32,000 bases of DNA from Blochmannia endosymbiont of Camponotus nipponensis (GCF_009827135.1 NZ_CP046534.1:360001-392000); one strand, 5' to 3'; positions 19,468-29,801 are shown, numbered from the stretch's first letter. Made by a program: numbers and translations. Notes: a model not told the origin generated them from the letters alone.

Positions 19468-19802
19468 AAAATTAATAAATAATATAATCGTTTCAAATTT
19501 AGCAATAATACTATCTATGATTAATATCTTTATCATAATATATAGAATAGTATTAAACACATTGATTTCATTAATATTTAATGGAGATAATTATATATCA
19601 ATACATCGTATCTATTGAAAACTTATTACATTTATAAATACTAAACCGTAATAATAGGAAATAAAAATGAAATATTTTAAAAAAAAACATAATTATGTAA
19701 CAGCAAAATATATCATATATATGTATGATCATCATAAAAAAATATAATTTTCCTTTTCTATACATAGATTCTCATAAATAATACGAATTTAGCATTTTAA
19801 TA

Positions 19803-21455
19803 ATGGCGTATTTTCTTATGTCACATTTTCTGTTCAACTTAGAAATACACATCAGTATTATGTTGATTCTTGCATTAATTCTTGTGTTTATTTATGAAGC
19901 TATTAATGGTTTTCATGATACCGCTAATTCTGTCGTTACCGTAATTTACACCTGTGCATTGAATTCCCATAGCGCAGTATTAATGTCAGGTATATTTAAT
20001 TTCTTAGGAGTAATATTCGGTGGTTTAAGTGTTGCATATGCAATTATCCACTTGCTTCCTACATATTTTTTTATGAATACTAACGCTAATCATATTCTAG
20101 TTATGATTTTTTCTATGTTATTTGCGGCAATACTATGGAATCTTGGCACGTGGTATTTCAGAGTGCCTACCTCCAGCTCTCATACTCTTATTGGAACATT
20201 AATTGGAATCGGATTAGTTAACGCAATGATCACACATTGTCCAATGACGCAAGGATTAAATATTCCAAAATTAACTAATATCTTTTTATCATTAATAATA
20301 TCACCTATAATAGGCTTGATAATAGCTAAAATAATGATGTTAATATTATGTAGATACTGGAATAATAATAATAAAAAAAATAAAAACATTCATACAACTC
20401 CTACTCAACAAATGCAAGAACACGGCAGACCTCAACCATCGTTATGGACTCGTGTTATATTAATTTTATCCGCAGCTGGAGTCAGCTTTTCTCATGGAGC
20501 AAATGATGGACAAAAAGGAATTGGTCTGGTTATGTTACTTTTAATAGGAGTAGCTCCAGCAAGTTTTATGCTTAATATGCATGCTAATAGTCACGATATA
20601 TCTCGTACTCGAGATGCAGTAAACAATTTTTATGAATATTATACTCAACACGGTAACACATTTAAAATCATCATACCATCAGAAATGGCATCTATGCCCA
20701 TATCAACAGCATTAAATCAATTAGCAATTATCATTCCTTCCTTCAAAGAGGAAACACAGATTTTCGCAAACAATAATAATGATAACAATAATACGGTATG
20801 TTACAATAAATATTTATATTCTTCAGAAACAGAGACACAAATAAGAAAAATTTTCCATGATTTACCATTAACTATTACTATTATTAATAATGCTTCATTA
20901 TTACTGAAAAATTTAGATAGTTATGCTCAATTGAATATAGAGCAACGTTCCCAAATGAGACAGTTAATTATTTATATAGTAGATATTCTAGATCAAGTAA
21001 CAGCACTGCCAGAAACTTCATATAAAAATAAACATTTTCTCAAAAATTTAAAAAAACATTTATTAAATACAATTGAGTACGCGCCAACTTGGATTATTTT
21101 CACTGTTGCATTATCGTTATCTTTAGGTACGATAATTGGATGGAAAAGAGTTGCTACCACTATCGGAGAAAAAATAGGAAAAAGAGAGATGACTTATGCA
21201 CAAGGTCTATCTGCACAACTAACTACAGCCATATCTATAGGTACAGCAAGTTATGCCGGAATGCCTGTTTCTACTACTCATGTGTTATCTTCATCCATTA
21301 CGGGCAGCATGCTAATTCGTGGTTGGGGAGTACAAGGGAAAACAATAAAAAATATATTAATAACTTGGTCATTAACCTTACCTGTCTCTATCGCATTAAG
21401 CGGAAGTTTCTATTGGATTACATTGCATTTATTACATAATAATATTCAAATATAA
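19803..21455 (+). CDS. pitA: Low-affinity inorganic phosphate transporter (PiT family)
   Basis: FIYEAINGFHDTANSV, FSHGANDGQKGIGLVML and GMPVSTTHVLSSSITG match E. coli PitA. The alternative ATG at 19818 aligns better with the E. coli N-terminus (MSHFLFNLEIH vs MLHLFAGLDLH). The product is about 50 aa longer than E. coli PitA because of Asn/Lys-rich insertions in the central loop. Confidence 0.92.
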   Translation: MAYFLMSHFLFNLEIHISIMLILALILVFIYEAINGFHDTANSVVTVIYTCALNSHSAVLMSGIFNFLGVIFGGLSVAYAIIHLLPTYFFMNTNANHILVMIFSMLFAAILWNLGTWYFRVPTSSSHTLIGTLIGIGLVNAMITHCPMTQGLNIPKLTNIFLSLIISPIIGLIIAKIMMLILCRYWNNNNKKNKNIHTTPTQQMQEHGRPQPSLWTRVILILSAAGVSFSHGANDGQKGIGLVMLLLIGVAPASFMLNMHANSHDISRTRDAVNNFYEYYTQHGNTFKIIIPSEMASMPISTALNQLAIIIPSFKEETQIFANNNNDNNNTVCYNKYLYSSETETQIRKIFHDLPLTITIINNASLLLKNLDSYAQLNIEQRSQMRQLIIYIVDILDQVTALPETSYKNKHFLKNLKKHLLNTIEYAPTWIIFTVALSLSLGTIIGWKRVATTIGEKIGKREMTYAQGLSAQLTTAISIGTASYAGMPVSTTHVLSSSITGSMLIRGWGVQGKTIKNILITWSLTLPVSIALSGSFYWITLHLLHNNIQI

Positions 21456-21798
21456 AATAAAGTAAATACAAACAAAATTTAAATGACAATCTTTGTCACT
21501 TTATTCCCGCATTTTCTTATTAACAATTAATATATCAACTAAAAACAACACTCTAACACTAACAATTTTTAATTATCAAAAATAAACAATGCTATAATTT
21601 TATTCTAAATCAATAAATTTACACTTAAAGATAACATTATCAATTTAATAAATTACATTTAACTATCAATACAATAATCACAAAAAATAAAAAACACGTT
21701 GTATCTATAATCATAATTAAACAAAACTAAAGCATCACAGTTATTTTATCGATTATTCGTATGTTAAAAATATATACTTTCATAATTTATATATAATA

Positions 21799-23880
21799 TT
21801 ATATTAATACAGAATTATTAATAGATACAGGGATCCCATAATACCGTAACATCGGTTCTATTGTGATAGCATGTTTACAAAATTCTACAAGACATTTTTT
21901 CAAATCAATGCCCCCCCCTAATGCAAGGATATTATTAAGAAATAATTTTCCTATTTCTGCATCAAGAACACCTGACTCCTGAAAACGATACCAGACATTA
22001 GACGCCAACATATCTGCCCATAGATAACTATAATATCCTGCAGCATAATCATCAGAAAAAATATGTAAAAAAGAATTGGGAAAACGATCCCAATCCATTG
22101 ATAGATTATGTGTCGACATTTTTTTTATTACTTCGTTAAATATTTTTAGTATACTCCCTTGCTTTCCTGGAACATACTCATGGTGTATTCGTAAATCAAA
22201 TAACCCGTATATCACTTGTTGCAAAAGATGAGATGATGATTGATATGTTTTTATTTTCAATAAATTACTTATTATGTAGTCAGATAATGGTTCTTCTGTG
22301 TAATAATGCATAGCAATCAATTGTAATACCTCAGGTTCCCAACAAAACTTTTCCATAAGTTGACTAGGTAATTCTACTGCATCCCACGGCACTCCATTCA
22401 CTCCAGATATTTCCGGAATATTAATACGCGTCATAACATGATGTAATACATGTCCAAATTCATGAAATAAAGTTATTACATCATGATGTGTAAATAAACA
22501 TGATAATTTTTTATTTTCTGAACGACCAAAATTACAAGTTAAGTATGCAATAGGTTTTTGACTAATAGTATGAGTATTATTATTTTGATCCATCAAACCT
22601 ACTAACTCATCCATCCACGCGCCCTCACACTTATTATCTCTAATATAAATATCCAAATAAAATCCACCTATCCACTCATCTTTATCATCAAAAATATCAA
22701 AAAAACGTACATCAGAGTGCCATGTTTCTACATCATAATTTTCTTTAATGGTAATACCATAAATACAATTCACTACCGAAAACATTCCACAAAGCACTTT
22801 TTTTTCAGGGAAATAATAACGCAATTGTTCATTTGTAATAGAAAAAAGATATTTTTTTTGTTTCTCTCTATAATATGCAATATCCCATGGATTTAAAGAT
22901 ACACAAGAATATTGTTTTTTAGCAAAACTTTGGGTTTCTATAAATTCCTTATATTCACAACAACGTATCTGAATAGATAAATTCATAAGAAAATCAAATA
23001 CTTTCTTTGGATCGTGTATCATTTTTTTCGCCAAAGATTTTTCAAGATAAGTGCTAAAGCCTAATATTTGTGCTAACTCATAACGTAATGCAAGAATTTC
23101 ATCCATTATTAAAGTATTATCCCATTTTCCACTATTAGGTCCTTGATCAGACGCACGAGTATTAAAAGCCCAATATAATTCTTCTCTAAGATTTTGAGTA
23201 TCACAATATAAAAGAACTGCAGAATAACTAGGATATTTCAGCGTAAATAACCATCCTGTTTGTCCACGAGCTTGTGCCTCCGAATGAGCAATCTTCAAAT
23301 TATAATCTGGTATACCAGATAATAGATTTTTTTCAGTAACTAATTTGCTCCAACCTAACGTCGCGTCAAATACATTATTTGCATAATTTGAGCTTAACCA
23401 TGCTAATTTAGAAGTTATGTACGTATACATTTTTTTTTGTTTCGAAGACAAATAAACTCCTGATAACATAAAATTACGTAAAATATTATTTATAACTTTT
23501 TTTTGTATTATACTCAACTGCTGATAAGAATCTCCATTCTGTAATAACTTGTAAGATTTATACAATCCATAATGTTGATGCATCCAATTTCTATATTCAG
23601 ATATAAATAATAAGCTTTCTTCATACACTTTACGTAATTCTAAACTGTGTTGCACAGAATTCAAATGTGTTATCGGAGACCAAGTACGTTGCAACTCATT
23701 TTCTGCCACCATTAACGGATAATGTAACGTATCCCAAGTGATGTATTTCTTGGAAACAATCTGTTCTACTGTATTATAACAATTAGTCAACACTTTTTGT
23801 ATAGCTTCTTTTACATGTTTGGGACTAATAGAAGAAAATGATGGAAAAATAGAATAATCTAATAATGGGTTTTCATCCAT
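21799..23880 (-). CDS. prlC: Oligopeptidase A (M3 family zinc metallopeptidase)
   Basis: 693 aa. The zinc motif FHEFGHVLHH is followed by a downstream E (VELPSQLME). It is collinear with E. coli PrlC/OpdA (680 aa) and convergent with pitA, as in E. coli. Confidence 0.95.
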   Translation of the reverse strand: MDENPLLDYSIFPSFSSISPKHVKEAIQKVLTNCYNTVEQIVSKKYITWDTLHYPLMVAENELQRTWSPITHLNSVQHSLELRKVYEESLLFISEYRNWMHQHYGLYKSYKLLQNGDSYQQLSIIQKKVINNILRNFMLSGVYLSSKQKKMYTYITSKLAWLSSNYANNVFDATLGWSKLVTEKNLLSGIPDYNLKIAHSEAQARGQTGWLFTLKYPSYSAVLLYCDTQNLREELYWAFNTRASDQGPNSGKWDNTLIMDEILALRYELAQILGFSTYLEKSLAKKMIHDPKKVFDFLMNLSIQIRCCEYKEFIETQSFAKKQYSCVSLNPWDIAYYREKQKKYLFSITNEQLRYYFPEKKVLCGMFSVVNCIYGITIKENYDVETWHSDVRFFDIFDDKDEWIGGFYLDIYIRDNKCEGAWMDELVGLMDQNNNTHTISQKPIAYLTCNFGRSENKKLSCLFTHHDVITLFHEFGHVLHHVMTRINIPEISGVNGVPWDAVELPSQLMEKFCWEPEVLQLIAMHYYTEEPLSDYIISNLLKIKTYQSSSHLLQQVIYGLFDLRIHHEYVPGKQGSILKIFNEVIKKMSTHNLSMDWDRFPNSFLHIFSDDYAAGYYSYLWADMLASNVWYRFQESGVLDAEIGKLFLNNILALGGGIDLKKCLVEFCKHAITIEPMLRYYGIPVSINNSVLI

Positions 23881-24033
23881 ACAGTAAACCTAAAATGTTG
23901 CGACATACACTTATTTTTAAAATCCTTGACTATACAAATATATATATCCATACACTATATTAATAAAAATTAAGCATAATCATTAATCGTAAAATATAAA
24001 AATTATTAAATAAATATATCATCATCTACTGCA

Positions 24034-24108
24034 TCGGTGCGGACGGGATTTGAACTTCCGACCTATACGTCCCGAACGTATTGCGCTACCAAACTACGCC
24101 ACTGACCG
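24034..24108 (-). tRNA. proK: tRNA-Pro(CGG)-like gene with a non-pairing T-stem and a weakened acceptor stem; possible pseudogene
   Basis: The reverse complement is CGGTCAG TG GCGT AGTTTGGTA GCGC A ATACG TTCGGGA CGTAT AGGTC GGAAG TTCAAAT CCCGTC CGCACCG A. The D arm and anticodon arm are perfect and close to E. coli proK. The T-stem 5' strand GGAAG faces CCCGT(C) with one extra nt, which allows only 1-2 pairs. The acceptor stem pairs at 5 of 7 positions (C5-C and A6-G are mismatched). No CCA is encoded. Confidence 0.6.
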
Positions 24109-24348
24109 TACCATATGCAATGATATCACCATATATACAATTTTATTACATATAAATATTCTTATTCTTATGGATCATAGTATCAATACATCAAACTATA
24201 AATATCACTAATTTAATTTTAGTTAATAATAACACCATTGAAATAAATATATAAAATTATATGAATTATATATTATAATGCTATACATTAGCACCTAAAG
24301 CAATAAAAAATATAAATAAAAACACTTAATAAATATAATTATTTAAAG

Positions 24349-24425
24349 ATATTATCTTCTCTTTATATGTAGAATAGAAATTGATACAATACATTTCTAT
24401 TCTACATATAAAGAGAAGATAATAT
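24349..24425. repeat. Perfect 33-bp inverted repeat with an 11-nt spacer
   Basis: The left arm is 24349-24381 ATATTATCTTCTCTTTATATGTAGAATAGAAAT. The spacer is 24382-24392 TGATACAATAC. The right arm 24393-24425 is the exact reverse complement. I checked it base by base. Confidence 0.97.
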
Positions 24426-24546
24426 AAAATTTATATTATATTAATAAACAATCTAACACTATAACCTCTTTATTATAGATATATAATTTTTAATTATTTT
24501 TAAAATTATTATTTTAACGTTCATACAATTATGGAGTAATTTTATC

Positions 24547-25164
24547 ATGAGCTTTATATTACCTTCTTTAACTTATCCATATGATGCTTTGGAACCATTT
24601 TTTGACGAAAAAACTATGAAAATTCATCATACAAAACACCATCAAGCATATATTGATAATGCTAATACAGCATTAAATGATTTACCTGAATTCTCCAATT
24701 TATCTGTTATAGAACTAATAAAAAAATTAAACCATTTACCCGATCATAAAAAAAATATATTACGCAACAATGCCGGAGGACACACTAATCATAGTCTGTT
24801 TTGGAAATACCTCAAGAAAGGTACTATACCTCAAGGATCATTAAAAGATGCAATAGAACACAACTTTTCAAGCATCTCTTCTTTTAAAGATCATTTTGAA
24901 AAAACTGCTATGAATCGTTTTGGATCTGGTTGGATATGGTTAGTAAAACAACATAATATGTTATCTATAGTATCCACTGCCAACCAAGATAATCCATTAA
25001 TGGGAAAAGATATCTCTGGAGCAAATGGATACCCGATTCTTGGGCTAGATGTCTGGGAACATGCTTACTATTTAAAATATCAAAATCGTCGACTAGATTA
25101 TATTAAATCATTTTGGAATGTAGTTAATTGGGATGAAGTACACATACAATTCAATCAAACATAA
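24547..25164 (+). CDS. sodA: Manganese superoxide dismutase
   Basis: 205 aa. [28 protein letters not shown] and [30 protein letters not shown] match E. coli SodA. The SD is GGAGTAATTTTATC before the ATG. Confidence 0.97.
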   Translation: MSFILPSLTYPYDALEPFFDEKTMKIHHTKHHQAYIDNANTALNDLPEFSNLSVIELIKKLNHLPDHKKNILRNNAGGHTNHSLFWKYLKKGTIPQGSLKDAIEHNFSSISSFKDHFEKTAMNRFGSGWIWLVKQHNMLSIVSTANQDNPLMGKDISGANGYPILGLDVWEHAYYLKYQNRRLDYIKSFWNVVNWDEVHIQFNQT

Positions 25165-25300
25165 CATGTATTTTTTATGAACTAAACTAACATTTTGTCA
25201 GCATGATTATATCGTACTACAGTATTTATTCTAATACTGTCATAATCACAAATTTTATTCACTGACAGATTTAATAAAAATTCTTTTAAATACAACAAAA

Positions 25301-25331
25301 GTTCAGTTAGCTCATGATGAGCTAACTGAAC
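25301..25331 (-). terminator. Intrinsic terminator for glyQS, which may also stop sodA
   Basis: 31-nt perfect palindrome GTTCAGTTAGCTCAT-G-ATGAGCTAACTGAAC. On the minus strand it is followed by TTTTGTTGTA and starts 30 nt after the glyS stop. On the plus strand no T-run follows. It lies between the convergent genes sodA and glyS. Confidence 0.6.
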
Positions 25332-25361
25332 ACAACCAAAACAATAGATACACAGAAATAA

Positions 25362-27458
25362 CTAAACATGCAACAAAGAAATATCTGCCACCTGTAAAAA
25401 TAGATTTTTAACTTTATTTAGCAAAGTTAAACGGTTAATTTGTATATTTTCATTAGCATCCATAATCATAACATTATCAAAAAACATATTTACTGAACTA
25501 AATATTGTCATAACAACAATTAATGCATCATAATAACGATGTTGTGCACATAATATCTCTAATCTTTTTCCTATCGACATTACCTCCATAGCTAAATGTA
25601 TTTCTTCCGGATTTTTTAATAAAGAATATTGCACATCATCACTATAAGATATTTGTTTTTTTAATAAAATATTTGATATACGTTTATACATTAAATTTAA
25701 TTTCAAATTTTCCTCTTTTTGTAGATTACAAAAAGCAGTTACTGCTTTTATTCGGGCATCAATATCTACTACACTAGAATTTTTCACATTTAACACCGAT
25801 CTAATAATATCCAATTTATAGCCTCTTGATCGATACCACGAAGATAACCTATTATATATAAAATTATATATATCATTAATTACTGTCACATTAGTTAATT
25901 GTAAACCATATAACTCTACCGATTTTTGTATTAGATGAAGTAAATCTAATGGAAACTTTTTGTACATAAGGATAAGCAAAATTCCAATAGCGGCTCTTTT
26001 TAAAGCAAATGGATCTCTGTTGCCTTTTGGTAATTCTTTAATGCCAAATATACCTGATATAGTATCTATTTTATCTGCAATAGACACAGTACAAGAAATA
26101 CGAGTGGCAGGTAACTTGTCCTTAGAAAAACGTGGTAAATAATGTTCTTTTTGAGCTAATGCTATTTCTTCTGCTTCACCATCCCGACGAGCATAATACA
26201 TACCAATAGTTCCTTGAGTTGAAGGAAACTCAAAAACCATATTGCTCATAAGATCACACTTACACAAATATCCAGCACGTTTTGCTTGTCGTATATCTAT
26301 ACCTATTTGCTCCGCTATCCATCCAGATAATTTCTTTATACGCCAACTTTTATCACACAAAGTACCAAGTTTTCTGTGAAATAACGCATCACCTAATTTA
26401 GGTATATAATCCTCTAAACGACATTTATTATCTTTTTTCAAGAAAAATTCTGCATCCATTAAACGTGGAGTTATTACATTTTCATGTCCAACAATAATTT
26501 TTTTATAGTTATCTGAAATCGTATTCGTTACAAAAATAAAATATGGTAATAGTTCTCCACTAATAGAATGATATACTGGAAAATACTTTCGATCATATCT
26601 CATAATATGAAGTATTACTTCACGTGGTAATACTAAAAACTTCTGATCAAATCGACCAGAAAGAACTATAGGCCATTCTACTAATGCAGTAACCTCTTCC
26701 AATAAACTTTCATCCTGAATATCTACAATTCCTCCAATTTTTTTAGCTTCTTTTTCTACCTCCACACGTATAATATTTTTTCTTCTAGCATAGTCTGCTA
26801 TTACCCAACCTTTTTTAGTTAAAATATCTGGATAAAGATCGGCATGTTCAATAATAATTTTTTCTTCTTCCATGCATCTATTACCATACAAAACTCGACC
26901 TGTCTTTATACCAAAAAAATAACTTGGAATAACATATTTATCCAATAATATCGTCATAGTACGAACAGGTCGAATAAATGAAATATCTATATCACTCCAA
27001 CGCATCATTTCATAATTTTTCAATTTTTCTAAAGCAAAACTAATTACGCTACAGAACAAATATTTTAAATTTTTATGTATTAATACATTTTTATCACATT
27101 CCAATATTTCTTGAGATTTATTATTGTACTCAATATCCATCTTATTAACTACAGGATTAATTCGGGGATATGTACTTTTAAAATACTTATCATATGTATC
27201 GATGTTACTTAATTGATTAACACATGCAATATTAATATTTAAATCATCTGTTATTATTATATTAGCTTTAACTGCTAAACGACATGAAGAAGCAAACCAA
27301 TTAACTTTATCACAAACAAAATTATTTTTTTTTAAACCGCTAATAATTTGACAAAAAAAATCTTTCCCTAACCTTTTTAAAATTTTAGATGGTAACGATT
27401 CAGTACCAATCTCTACTAAAAAAGTACATACTTTCATTACAAAATTATCCTTTTGCAT
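25362..27458 (-). CDS. glyS: Glycyl-tRNA synthetase beta subunit
   Basis: FLVEIGTESLP, LVEWPIVL, KYFPVY, KCDLMSNMVFEF and RDPFALKRAAIG are collinear with E. coli GlyS. An alternative start at 27437 (MKVCTFLVEIGTE) aligns exactly with E. coli MSEKTFLVEIGTE. The first ATG at 27458 lies 4 nt after the glyQ stop. Confidence 0.94.
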   Translation of the reverse strand: MQKDNFVMKVCTFLVEIGTESLPSKILKRLGKDFFCQIISGLKKNNFVCDKVNWFASSCRLAVKANIIITDDLNINIACVNQLSNIDTYDKYFKSTYPRINPVVNKMDIEYNNKSQEILECDKNVLIHKNLKYLFCSVISFALEKLKNYEMMRWSDIDISFIRPVRTMTILLDKYVIPSYFFGIKTGRVLYGNRCMEEEKIIIEHADLYPDILTKKGWVIADYARRKNIIRVEVEKEAKKIGGIVDIQDESLLEEVTALVEWPIVLSGRFDQKFLVLPREVILHIMRYDRKYFPVYHSISGELLPYFIFVTNTISDNYKKIIVGHENVITPRLMDAEFFLKKDNKCRLEDYIPKLGDALFHRKLGTLCDKSWRIKKLSGWIAEQIGIDIRQAKRAGYLCKCDLMSNMVFEFPSTQGTIGMYYARRDGEAEEIALAQKEHYLPRFSKDKLPATRISCTVSIADKIDTISGIFGIKELPKGNRDPFALKRAAIGILLILMYKKFPLDLLHLIQKSVELYGLQLTNVTVINDIYNFIYNRLSSWYRSRGYKLDIIRSVLNVKNSSVVDIDARIKAVTAFCNLQKEENLKLNLMYKRISNILLKKQISYSDDVQYSLLKNPEEIHLAMEVMSIGKRLEILCAQHRYYDALIVVMTIFSSVNMFFDNVMIMDANENIQINRLTLLNKVKNLFLQVADISLLHV

Positions 27459-27462
27459 TATA

Positions 27463-28377
27463 TTATAATTTCTTCATACACATAGGAAACCCCAATTTTT
27501 TACGAAATATGTAATAAGCTTCGGCTATCATTTTTGATAATGCACGAATACGTAAAATATAATTTTTTCTTTCTGTAACAGAAATTACTTTTCTAGCATC
27601 TAACAAATTAAAAATGTGTATTGCTTTTAAAATGCGTTCATATGCCGGAAAAGGTAATGGTCGCGTCATAGTAATTAAATATTTGATTTCGTTCTCATAT
27701 TGATTAAAAATTTCAAACAAAGATTTAATATCAGTATGTTCATAATTATAAATTGATTGTTCTAATTCATTTTGATAAAAAAGGTCTCTGTATGTAACAG
27801 ATCCTAATACACCATGACTCCAAACTAAATCATAAATATTATCTACTCCTTGTAAGAACAAAGATAAACGCTCTAAACCATAGGTTATTTCTCCAGTAAC
27901 AGGTTTACATTCTAATCCACCTATTTGCTGAAAATAAGTAAATTGTGTTATTTCCATTCCATTCAACCAAATTTCCCAGCCCAAACCCCATGCTCCAAGC
28001 GTAGGATTTTCCCAATTATCTTCTATAAAACAAATATCATTTTTTATATGATCTAGTTCAATCATTTTTAAAGAATCTAAATACAACTGCAACATATTTC
28101 TTGGAGAAGGTTTCATAATTACTTGAAACTGATAATATTGCTGTAATCTATTTGGATTTTGACCATATCGACTATCCATAGGTCTACGGGAGACCTGAAC
28201 ATAAGAAAAAGCCGCAGGCTCTGGACCAATAGCATTAAAAAAAGTTATCGGATGAGAAGTAGCTGCTCCAACTTCTATATCTAATGGTTGCGCGATAAGA
28301 CAACCACAGCGTTCCCAATAATTTTCCAACGTCCGTATTAATCCTTGAAAAGTTTTTGAATTATTGTTATCGTACAT
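27463..28377 (-). CDS. glyQ: Glycyl-tRNA synthetase alpha subunit
   Basis: 304 aa with very high similarity to E. coli GlyQ (TFQGLI.TL..YW...GC...[62 protein letters not shown]). Confidence 0.97.
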   Translation of the reverse strand: MYDNNNSKTFQGLIRTLENYWERCGCLIAQPLDIEVGAATSHPITFFNAIGPEPAAFSYVQVSRRPMDSRYGQNPNRLQQYYQFQVIMKPSPRNMLQLYLDSLKMIELDHIKNDICFIEDNWENPTLGAWGLGWEIWLNGMEITQFTYFQQIGGLECKPVTGEITYGLERLSLFLQGVDNIYDLVWSHGVLGSVTYRDLFYQNELEQSIYNYEHTDIKSLFEIFNQYENEIKYLITMTRPLPFPAYERILKAIHIFNLLDARKVISVTERKNYILRIRALSKMIAEAYYIFRKKLGFPMCMKKL

Positions 28378-28793
28378 TTTTCTTATTTATTTAAAAAATT
28401 ACCGTGTTTTAAATTTGTTACAGTATAACGATTATTCATAATAAACATGGATTTATATTTAAAAAAGTAATATTCTCATCATATGATTAAAACATCTTAA
28501 ATTACAACTCAATATATGTATTGATACATAATATAGATCCAAGAAAGATTTCAAAAAAAAATATACACGCTGATATCTATTAAGTTTTAAATATATTATT
28601 TTTGTTATATATAAATTACATAACAATCTACATCAAATAATTGCAACACATTAATTCTATAATTAATTTTATAAATAGGCTATATAACTAAATGAAAAAA
28701 ATTATATGCTCAAAATTTGAGAACCTCTAATTTATCCTATACCCTAACAAGGAATTGTATGTTAATGACAGATACATGCATTAGGACATAAAA

Positions 28794-29801
28794 ATGATTT
28801 CTCAGGCAACATCAATCATAACCATCTCTTATTTAATAATATCTATATGTTTAATGACTGTGATACCGTTAGGTTTATTTCCTTGTTTTTTTTCTGGATT
28901 TTTAACTTATGAAATTATAGTATCTTTTGCGTCTTACTTAAAACGTTTTATTGGAATTAGTCACGCTCGTTGGATTGCAGTAATACTCATTGTTATAAGT
29001 ATAACTATTATTATCACTATAGGAATTATTAGTTTTACTAACTTTTTTACAGAAGATATTAATAAAGTTAATATCTCTATTGAGGTTAATCGAATTTTTT
29101 CTGATTTAAAAAAAAGACTTCCTGATTTTTTACCTTCCTTTTTACCAAATACCACCGAAGAACTAAAAGATCAAATATTTAATTGGATTGAGTCAAACTT
29201 CATTCTTATTCGCAATATGGGCCATACTTTTCTACACGGATTTATTAGTTTATTAGTAGGATTAGTAGTTGGTGTCTTAGTATCTTGCAGTAAATCTAAA
29301 AACAAACATACTAACGATACATATTTTACTATCCAAATGTCAGAACGTATATATAATCTATCTCAAGCATTTCGTAATATTGTTTTTGCTCAAATCAAGA
29401 TTTCTTCAATCAACACATTATTAACATCTATTATGATTTTTATTTTATTGCCATTAATTGGACAAACTTTACCATTAGGAAAAACTTTAACTATTATTAC
29501 TTTCATTTTAGGTATGTTACCAATTATAGGTAATCTTATCTCTAATGTTATAGTTACGATTGCTGCTTTATCTGTCTCGTTAAGTATTGGAGTGACAATG
29601 CTTATTTATCTAATTTTAATTCACAAATTAGAATATTTTCTTAATGCCGAAATCATTGGAAATAAAATCAATGCTAATCCCTGGGAGTTGATACTTTCAA
29701 TGCTGTTGCTAGAATCGATATTTGGACTAGAAGGTTTAATAGCAGCTCCTATTTTTTATGCTTACTTAAAAACCGAGCTACGTTTAAAAAAATTAATTTA
29801 A
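28794..29801 (+). CDS. Predicted inner-membrane permease, AI-2E (PerM/YhhT-like) family
   Basis: 335 aa. The layout is about 3 N-terminal TM segments, a hydrophilic loop of about 60 aa, then 4-5 TM segments. It has the family-like GMLPIIGNLI segment and the C-terminal HKLEYFLNAEIIGNKINANPWELILSMLL..FGLEGLIAAP. I could not align it residue by residue from memory, so only the family is called. The SD AGGA lies 8 nt upstream. Confidence 0.6.
   Translation: MISQATSIITISYLIISICLMTVIPLGLFPCFFSGFLTYEIIVSFASYLKRFIGISHARWIAVILIVISITIIITIGIISFTNFFTEDINKVNISIEVNRIFSDLKKRLPDFLPSFLPNTTEELKDQIFNWIESNFILIRNMGHTFLHGFISLLVGLVVGVLVSCSKSKNKHTNDTYFTIQMSERIYNLSQAFRNIVFAQIKISSINTLLTSIMIFILLPLIGQTLPLGKTLTIITFILGMLPIIGNLISNVIVTIAALSVSLSIGVTMLIYLILIHKLEYFLNAEIIGNKINANPWELILSMLLLESIFGLEGLIAAPIFYAYLKTELRLKKLI

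Noticed and set aside
19667-19747. 26-codon ORF MKYFKKKHNYVTAKYIIYMYDHHKKI with an AGGAAA SD-like motif, upstream of pitA
   Set aside because: The composition is typical of translated AT-rich spacer. No homolog is known at this position. A 26-codon open frame with a purine-rich upstream motif is expected by chance in several kb of spacer. It would need ribosome profiling or conservation to be believed.
21484-21498. Small hairpin TGACAA-TCT-TTGTCA, followed by CTTTATT, about 30 nt after the pitA stop, considered as a terminator
   Set aside because: The stem is only 6 bp and AT-rich, with a 3-nt loop and an interrupted T-run. It cannot be distinguished from chance.
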